A DNA stretch of 25,955 nucleotides from assembly GCF_006345805.1 (NCBI RefSeq), contig NW_021836059.1, positions 1 to 25,955 of the forward strand. The letters run 5' to 3'. The position numbers were made by a program, and so were the translations under genes. The notes beneath the pieces were generated by a model that saw nothing but the letters and a program-made list of their open reading frames with translations, made no database searches and was not told where the DNA came from. The number at the start of each line of letters is the position of its first letter. Positions within the stretch are counted from its first letter, which is position 1. Positions 9,901 to 18,900 of the stretch are shown here, one piece after another. The stretch is from Octopus sinensis. Its lineage: Eukaryota.

Positions 9901-12900
9901 AGATGGGCTACAGCAAATATGCTGCTCAATGCCACAGATTTGCTTGTCAGTTGTTTGACCTTAACCAGTTGACCATGTCCCTTAGTGGCTGACAATATGT
10001 GCATCTTTGACCCCAAGCAGAAGTAGTGGGGGAGCATCACAGACGTGTGTTGAAAGGAATTCTTAGAGATTTGGATAATTCACCTTTGGAAACATAGGTG
10101 TTTCATTCAACATCCTTAAACAACCCTTATTCAGGGTCCTTTTGAGCGGGATGGGTTACTCGACCAGAAGAAAATTCTAACTGGGCCCCACCTGCAAGGT
10201 CATATAAGATCACCATGTCGCGCACATATGGTTGTGATGCATGTGCCTAGTGTACCCTTATCAGATGGGTAGTCATGATGGGTATGCTGGGTTTCGTATA
10301 CTTGTACCCCAGTGTCACTTTGATGGCATGCACTGCTCTCTCACTCAATAATAATAATGATAATTCCCCCAGCCACCCCCCACCCACCTACATACTGGTA
10401 ACAACTTCATTTACTGTATTTCTCTCTCTTCCTTCTCAATGCCCTCAATGAAGCCTTCTCTATGTGGTTGCTGAACCTGCTAGAAACAATGTCCCTCAAA
10501 TCACAACTTATTGCCATTTAGAAAGAAGAACATCGTACATAAGACCTTGACACAGACAGGATGGTCATGGCTGGAATACCTTTGATCATAGGTTTACACA
10601 ACAACAACAATAAAACTTGCGACTAATACTTACTCTGATGCTTCTTGGAATTCTGAATAAAGTCGGATGGCATTTGGTTGGCAATGCTTTGTAATTAACT
10701 CACCAGCTTTCTTGCAATTTTCCAAGAATCGACTCCTGAAAATAGACAGAACACCCTTGTCGGTCATCTCTTTTATGAAAACCAAAGACAGTGAAATGGT
10801 GGGGAATGACAAAGAAACAAGTATAGTACTCCAGCATGGCCACAGCCAAACTGAGTGGAACTGCATAAAAAAAGTAAAAATAGAAACTGGAACATCAATA
10901 GAATATTACATTAGTAATTGTCCAAGACTAATTTCTAAGGAGATTCTAACCACATGGTTCCAGGTTTAATCCCACTGCATGGCACCTTGGGCAAGTACCT
11001 TCTATTATAGCCTCACAGTGACCAAAACCTTATGAGTGAATTTGGTAGACGGAAACTGAAAGAAGCCTGTTGTGAGTGTCTTTGTGTTGGTGTCTGTCCC
11101 CCTCCCCACACTGCTTGACAACCAGTGCTATAGTATCTACATCACTGTAACTTAGCAGTTGAACAAAAAGAGACTGATAGAATTAGTACCAGGCTTTAAA
11201 AATTACAAGGAATGGGGCCAATTCATTTGACTAAATTTCTTCAAGGTGATGCTCCAGCATGACCACACTCTAATGTCTTTTATTTTTTGTTTGTTTCAGT
11301 TTTTAGACTGTGGCCATGCTGGGGCACCACCTTGAAGAATTTTTAGTAGAATAAATCAACCCTAAGCCTGATACTTATTCTATCAGTCTCTTTTGCTGAA
11401 ATGCTAAGTCATTGGGATGTAAACACACCAACACTGGTTGTCAAGTGGTGTGAGTGGGTGTGGCAGGCAAAGACAGACAGACATACATACATGATAGGCT
11501 TCTTTCAGTTTCCATCTACCAGATCCACTTATAAGGCTTTGGTCAGCCCGAGGCTACCGGAGAAGACACTCGTCCAATATGCTACGCAGTGGGACTGAAC
11601 CTGGGACCATGTGAGAAGGAAGCAAGCTTCTTACCACACGGCCATGCCTGCACCCAAGGAATCCCAAAACAAGGGTCACTTACTTGTCAAGTTCCTGAAA
11701 CTTGTCCAAGTTGTCTCTGTTTGTGCTATCCAAAAGGCGAGTGCTGATCTCTTGGGTATGATTTGCTAAGTTTGTGATGGTCGGGACGCTGCGAGAGAAG
11801 AGAAAGGAAAAAAAGAGACAAAATGACAAAAATATTCAAAAATTCATGGCTCTAATTAAACCTTGTAATTAGTAAAAAGCCAAGTTAACAAGGAAGCGCC
11901 TATGTGATCACTAGACCTGCTAGAAATAGCAGCCAGATCTCTATGTAATCAAAGGAAACAGTTAGAGATGCAGTATGTTTAAGTAAGAGATGGGGTGGTC
12001 ATGGTTGGCTCTTATCACTTGTAGATTCTCATCAGAAAGAAAATAAAGTGTAAACACACACACACACATCATTGTACTCACACACACATGCACACCACCA
12101 ACAATAATAATAGTTGTCATGCCCGAAGCCACTGCCACCACCATCATCATCATCATTCAGCCTTTGAGTGTTGGGCCTCATGGAGGCAGTGACAGGTGAC
12201 CAAGACCTTTGGTGATACACCATGCTTGTGTTGACCTGTCGAGCCAGGTAAGACTGTAGTCGTGGCTGATGCCGGTGTCGGGTCATTGGTACCCATGCTG
12301 GTGGCACGTCCACTACACTCACGGAGTGGTTGGCGTTAGGAAGGGCATCCAGCTGTAGAAACCTTGCCAAATCAGGTCAGAACCCAGTGCAGCCCCCCAG
12401 CTTAGCAGTTTTCAGTCAAACCATCCAACCCATGCCAGCATGGAAAGCGGATGTTAAATGATGATGATGATGAACTTGTTTTCCATGCTAGCATAGATTG
12501 GATGATTTGACAAGGCTCTGGCAAACCAGAGGGCTGCACTGGGTTCTATTGTCTGTTTTGGCATGGTTCCTACAGCCAGATGCCCTTCCTGATGGCAACC
12601 ATTTGCCAGAGTGTTTTGCTGGGTGCTTTATGCATGGAACCAGCATCGGTGCTTCTAACGGGTCACTTGTACAGGTTCCTTCTTCACAGGTACAGACATA
12701 TTCTGTTAACACAAACACACACAGTCATCCATTATACAGGGTGTTCAAAAAGTCTCTCCACAGTGATATTTTTTGAAGAAACCATCAACACTGAGAGACA
12801 TTGCTCAAATGTTGTCCATCCATTTGTAGGCCAACTCACTGAAAGTGAAATTAATAATTGCAGACTTTCAGCAAGATGGAACTACAGCACATACTTCGTG

Positions 12901-15900
12901 CATCACCATGGCACTACTTCAAGAGTTTTTCGGTGAACGGATTATTTTGGAAGGACTTTGGCCACCAAGATCCCTTGATTTAACACCGCCAGACTTTTTT
13001 TTCTGAGGAGCAAGTAAAGGATCAGTGTACAAGAATCACCCAAAAACCATTAATGAGCTAAAAGACGCAATTATAACCTTTACATGGTCCATGCTGCATC
13101 AGACTCTCCAAGATGTATTTCAAGACATGTATAGAAGAGTCAACTTATGTATTGAAAATGAAGGACAACACTTTCAACACCTCTTACAAAGTTTTTTAAA
13201 GTCTTGTAAAGTCTAATATATTCTTTTGTAGTCTTCTTATATCATTTTATAAATATTTGCTTTGCAATAAAACACTTACTGCGGAGAGACTTTTTGAACA
13301 CTTTGTATTTCACTGTCGTTTTATGCATGTACACACAACATAAATTGGTGGAGTGGTTAGAACCTCAGATATTGGTCCCAATCCTCTGCACTAGGAGTTC
13401 AAATCCCACTGAAGTTAACTTTGAAACTTTCTTACATTCACAAGCAATAAATAAGTATTGACCCCCTCTCTCGTCCTCTCTCAGGAACCTGTTATGTTCG
13501 AAGCTGGACAGGAATGGCCTCCACCAGTTTTAGATGCCTAAGACACACAGTATGTCATGACAACACTTCTACAACTCAATCAAAAGGTCAGGGCCAAATA
13601 CAGGAAGGACACACAGACAGACACACACACAAATACATACCAGGATCCAACATACACCTTCAGCTTCAAAGCTATTATCATTATCATCATTAAGGTGGTG
13701 ATCTGATAGGATCGTTAGCAAAACCGGGCGAAATGCTTAACAATATTTTGTCTGCCACTAAGTTCTAAATTCAAAATCAACTGAGGTCAACTTACCCTTT
13801 CGTCTTTTTGGGGTTAATTAACGAAGTACCAGTTATGTACTGGGGTTGATGTAATTGACTTAATCCCTCCCCCCAAATTCGAGACTTTGTGCTTCCAATA
13901 GAAAGGATTATCATTATTATTATAATTATTATTATTATTATTTAGGGCAGCAAGCTGGTAGAATCGTTAGTACATTGGATGAAATGCTTAGCGGTATTTT
14001 GCCTGCCACTACGTTCTGAGTTGAAAATCTGCCGAGGTCAACTTTGCCTTTCATCCTTTCAGTGTTGGAAATATAAGAACAGGTGTCAATGTAACCAACT
14101 CTTTCCCTCTTCCAAACCTGCTGCCCTTGTGGCAAAATTTGAAACCATTATTATTATTATTATAGACGTTGCACAGTATCCAATATCATGAGGTTGTTGA
14201 CTGAAGATATTGTGTCTACCAGGGGTTTGTACTGCTTGTCAAGTCATAACAAGGACCTCAGACAGACAGTACTTTACACAATATGCATGCAGTTCCAAGT
14301 AATGCTGACTTTTGCAATGCATCTAGATTGTAGGGTATTTCTAAGGTTTTCAGATGTTTTTTTCAGATTGGGTGGTATTGAACCCAAAGCTCTGATGACA
14401 ATAGGGATAACCTTTATGTTTGACTCTCGTAGTTGCCACATCTTAGCGATCTCAATTCTCAGGTTTCCATATTTATCAACCTTCTCTCTTTCATGATGAT
14501 ATGTTGATCTGGCACAACCACGTCAATTATTGAGCACTCTTGTTTGTCCCTCTTAAAGGTTACTATATCCAGCCTTTGGTGCTCTAATACCTTGCCTGTC
14601 TGGAAGTCAAAGACCCAGAGGATTTTTTCCTTCCCCTTTCTCTTTATTATTATTATTATCATTATTGGGGCAGCAGGATACATACCGACCCATCTGGAGC
14701 AAAGTCTGGCAGAATTTGGCATCTTGGAGAGAGAATGCAAATCCTTAATTCATATGCTACAAAGGATCACGATACCTGGTTCTATAAAAAGTCTCCAGAC
14801 CTTTTTAAGATTTAAAGGATGATGGCTAAAACAAGATGCTTTCCTTTACAACATTGTTCCTAAGTAGGTGGTCAGTCAAAATTTCTTGCCATTCATTACA
14901 CATCACACAGGTACTGTGGTTTGGCCAAAAAAGTGCAATTTATCTTACAGGTTCTCTCTTAGCATCAATATTTTCCACCCGAGTTATATCTGTAGGAACC
15001 CTACATGTTTAACATCTGGCCAGAAACATAATGGCAGATTACCTCAACTCACATGGCCACAAACGTCTATCCCTCATGACGACCTCAAAACAAAAGAAAC
15101 CCTTCTAATTATGTTTCTACTCGCATGACCTCTCCTTCCAACAAGGCCTCTCAGCTGTCATGTGACATCACTGACCCTATAGCACCCCTCCCACACAAAC
15201 ACACACATCATGGTCTCCCTCCTGTGTTAACAGATAACTTTGACACTCAGCCATGTGTGGCAGTTCAACACAACGCATTACCTTGCAAACCACAACAGAT
15301 CACCCACATGTTCGTCCACATGTTCAAGTCTTCTCACAATCATGCAACATCCCCTGCCCCTTCTCTGTATATGCTCCATGTGACTTACCAGTGATCAGAC
15401 TCCATGCAACCTGTTTTCAGCCAGTAATGATTCAGGAATTCTAAATCAAAAGCCGATCTCCGCTTCTGTAAAACATCCTAAAATAAATGAAAAAATAAAA
15501 AAAATTAAAAACATTACAAAATAGATTTTCTTTATTGTCTTACACACACACACAAACAAAACACCACCACCACTAACAACAACACAACAACAACAACAAT
15601 AGCATTCTTAAGGTATATCCACATTAACTAGGATATACAGATTGCTCCCATCATCATCATCCTTTAACATCCGCTTTCCATGCTGGCATAGGTTGCATGA
15701 CACTCTGTGCTATTCAAAGGGGCAACAGATCATCGTCATCCTTTAACGTCCGTATTCCATGCTAGCATGGGTTGGACGGTTCGACCGGGGTCTGGGAAGC
15801 CAGGAGGCTGCACCAGACTCCAGTCTGATCTGGCAGTGTTTCTACAGCTGGATGCCCTTCCTAACACCAACCACTCTGTGAGTGTAGTGGGTGCTTTTTA

Positions 15901-18900
15901 CGTGCCACCGGCACAGGTGCCAGGGGAGGCTGGCAACGGCTACGATTGGTTGGTGCTTTTTACACGGAGATAAACTAGATAAAAATTCTGTTATTGACAA
16001 AGAATTCCAGCAACGTACAGACTAGAGGGGGGCAGCTGGTTTGCTGTAAGTCTGATTAGGAAATTCTGTGGAAATTCATGTTGATGTTAGGTGAAATAAC
16101 TTTCATCATCATCATTTGTCTATGCGTGGCTGGCTGGGTGGAGGGATATAAATATAGAAAGAAACGTGATAAAAGTCTTACTTCAATTTTAATCATTTTT
16201 GTTGTGAGTTCATTGAGTTGTGGAGAAAGATTCCGTAGAGACGTTAAGGTGTTTTTAATCCACGAAGTGTTTGCAACAGATTCACTTTGATTCAAGAAGC
16301 TTTGTTTCAGATAAGTCCTGCAAAACAGAAACCAATGCCATAGCGCTTTATTGATTTATTCTTGATTTTTCTTACATTACACGACAAACACTTTGCCGTC
16401 TTTTATTTCCATTTACACACACACACTCACATACATCTTTGAGCAGAATTACTCTTGTCCATCTGCTACATAGAAATTCTATCCCTGTCAGCCTATCTTT
16501 GATTTCACAACATCTGTTGTGCATCAATAGCTGACAATGGCTATACAGAAAGAATTCCTTACCTATTCTTTGTCCCTACAAATTAAACATGGCCAGTTTC
16601 CTGATAGCAGTGGGGCCTGTATTCTTTCCTGTGAACTAAAAGATTTGGTCTTTGTTTGATTTACTTAGAGAGCCCCTGATTCTAGGTTTTTGTTCCCAAG
16701 TTTGGAATTTGGTCTCTCAATCTTTAACCATTCCATCTGAAGAACTAAGTCATCAGCATAGATGAGTTCAAACGGATAAACAGTCTTAAACTCCTGTTAT
16801 GATTGGATGACAATAATAAATGAAAAGTGACTGAGAATTGAACCCTGATGTACACCAACAACATTGTTGTTATCATTGTTTTAATGTCCTCTTTTCCATG
16901 GTTGAATGGGTTGGATGGAGTTTATTGAGGCAAATTTTCTATGGGTGGATGTCCTTCTTGGTGCCAACCTTCCAAGCAAAGTAACATTTCTCCATGACCA
17001 GACATGTTTGCACTGAATATAGGAAACAACACTGCTTGTATCACAGTGATACTTATTTACAACTATCATGTGATGTCAAGACAACCACACACACACAATC
17101 ATCTCTTTAACATCTGTTTTTCCATGCTAGATGGAGGAGTTATTTTGCTGGTTCGAATTTTCTAAAAACATTCCTCAGGTCTAAGAAAACACAGAATGGC
17201 TGATCACAATGACATTGGCACCATTTCACTCACTCACTCACACATACACAATGGTGATTCCAAATGAATTTAACAACATCGTTTCAAACATAAAATATTT
17301 CAGAACTGTTTTGTTTCCTTTTTTGGAACTTACATCGAATGTCTCAAAGCATCTTGAAGCAGTTTTTGTTTCAGGTTAATATTTACAACCAAACGTTTTA
17401 TGAAGAAAACTACATTTAAACAGGTTCGCAGTTGGGCTCTTTCAGCAGAATGGATCTCTTCTATCTTTGTTATAGGAAACTCAGCTGCAACAAGAATTTA
17501 AAAGGAAAGTGAAACAATTTTTAGTTATGGCATGACAGAGCAAAGCAGTTACGAGTACAAACAGGAACTTGTAACGAGTTCAAATATGCCTGAGGCAGGT
17601 TTGAACACACAAGAAAACTACAGGGAGTTGCCAAATAGTAAAGCCAATCATTGAAAGATGACAAGAATATCATGAGAGAGACCAGTCTCTTGTATCAGTT
17701 TACTGGTCACTGCTGCTGAAGAGGAGATAATCACTCTGAAATGCCTGCATCTAACAGACTGGTTAAGGGGAGGCTGTGAACTGACTTGGTGTATTTACAT
17801 CTAATTGTCCACAGTGAGAAATTTTCTTCATGATAAAATATAACGAATGGGTTTCTTTGGGTTTGAGTATACCTCAAGCATATTTGAACAGGTAACATCT
17901 TTGCATTTTTAATTAATATCATCATCCTTTGGGAATTTACTGTCTGAAGTTGTAGGACTCATAGGGGTGGTTAGCAGGTTTTCCTGGTGCCTAAGTGACC
18001 AATATTACAACACTGCCTCTGAACAAAATGCCAGTCTGTTGAAAGGTTCTTTATTTGCAGAGGAATGGATTGGAGCAAGAGAGGAAATGAAGAATTTTGC
18101 TTAAGAACATAACACGTCATCCCGTCCAGGGACTGAAACCACAACCTTGCAATAATGAGTGCAACACTAACTACAAGGACACACACTTTCATTTTAATTA
18201 GAATGGAGCAATATAAGTTAATTAGGAGACCATAATTAAACATTCTCCTTCTCATTAACTTTACAATAAAATGTCATATTAACAATTATTTTTAAATTAC
18301 CCCCCCCCCCCCGCCCCTTCCATTATTTTAAGATGCACAAGAATAGCAATTTGGCATGGAGTCAATAGTTAATACCATTGACTCCAGTACATGACCGATA
18401 TTATATTTCATTGATCCTAAATGAAAAGCAAAGTTAGACTTGACATGATTTGGACTCAGAATGTAAAGAGTAGGAATAAATAGCACAAGGAATTCAACCT
18501 GATGCTCTACCGATTCTAACAAAGCACAGCTTTAATTTATAAAATGATTAATTATATTACAGATGTCATCATCATTGTATTAATGTTCCTTGCTTGCAAC
18601 GATCAAACACAGATTTTCTCTGGCCGAATGCCTTTCCATCATCAACTCTCACCAAGGAAGACTGGAAACAAACAACATCACTTGTGTGATGGTGATGCTT
18701 ATTCATAACCATCACATGAGGTTGAATCAATGGTGTGCACACACACACACACACACACGCATGCGCAATCTGTATATGCCAAGCTTCTTTCAGTTTCCAG
18801 TTATCAAATTCACTCACACAGCTTCGGTTGGCCTGGCGCTATGGTAGAAAACACTTACCTAATGTGCTGTGCAGTGGGATTGAACCCGAGACCACATTGT

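Noticed and set aside
13347-13412. tRNA-like sequence with A and B boxes (ggtggagtggttag...ggagttcaaatccc)
   Set aside because: There is no intact cloverleaf and it continues into SINE B-like sequence, so it is treated as a SINE head
14949-14989. 41-nt AG...GT segment on the minus strand resembling an exon
   Set aside because: Its length is not a multiple of 3, so it breaks the phase-2 join between 15389 and 11788
17690-17943. Candidate minus-strand exons near ORF 17731..17925
   Set aside because: Exons 19392 and 17484 join directly in frame with TBK1-like continuity; these candidates have weak donors and no homology
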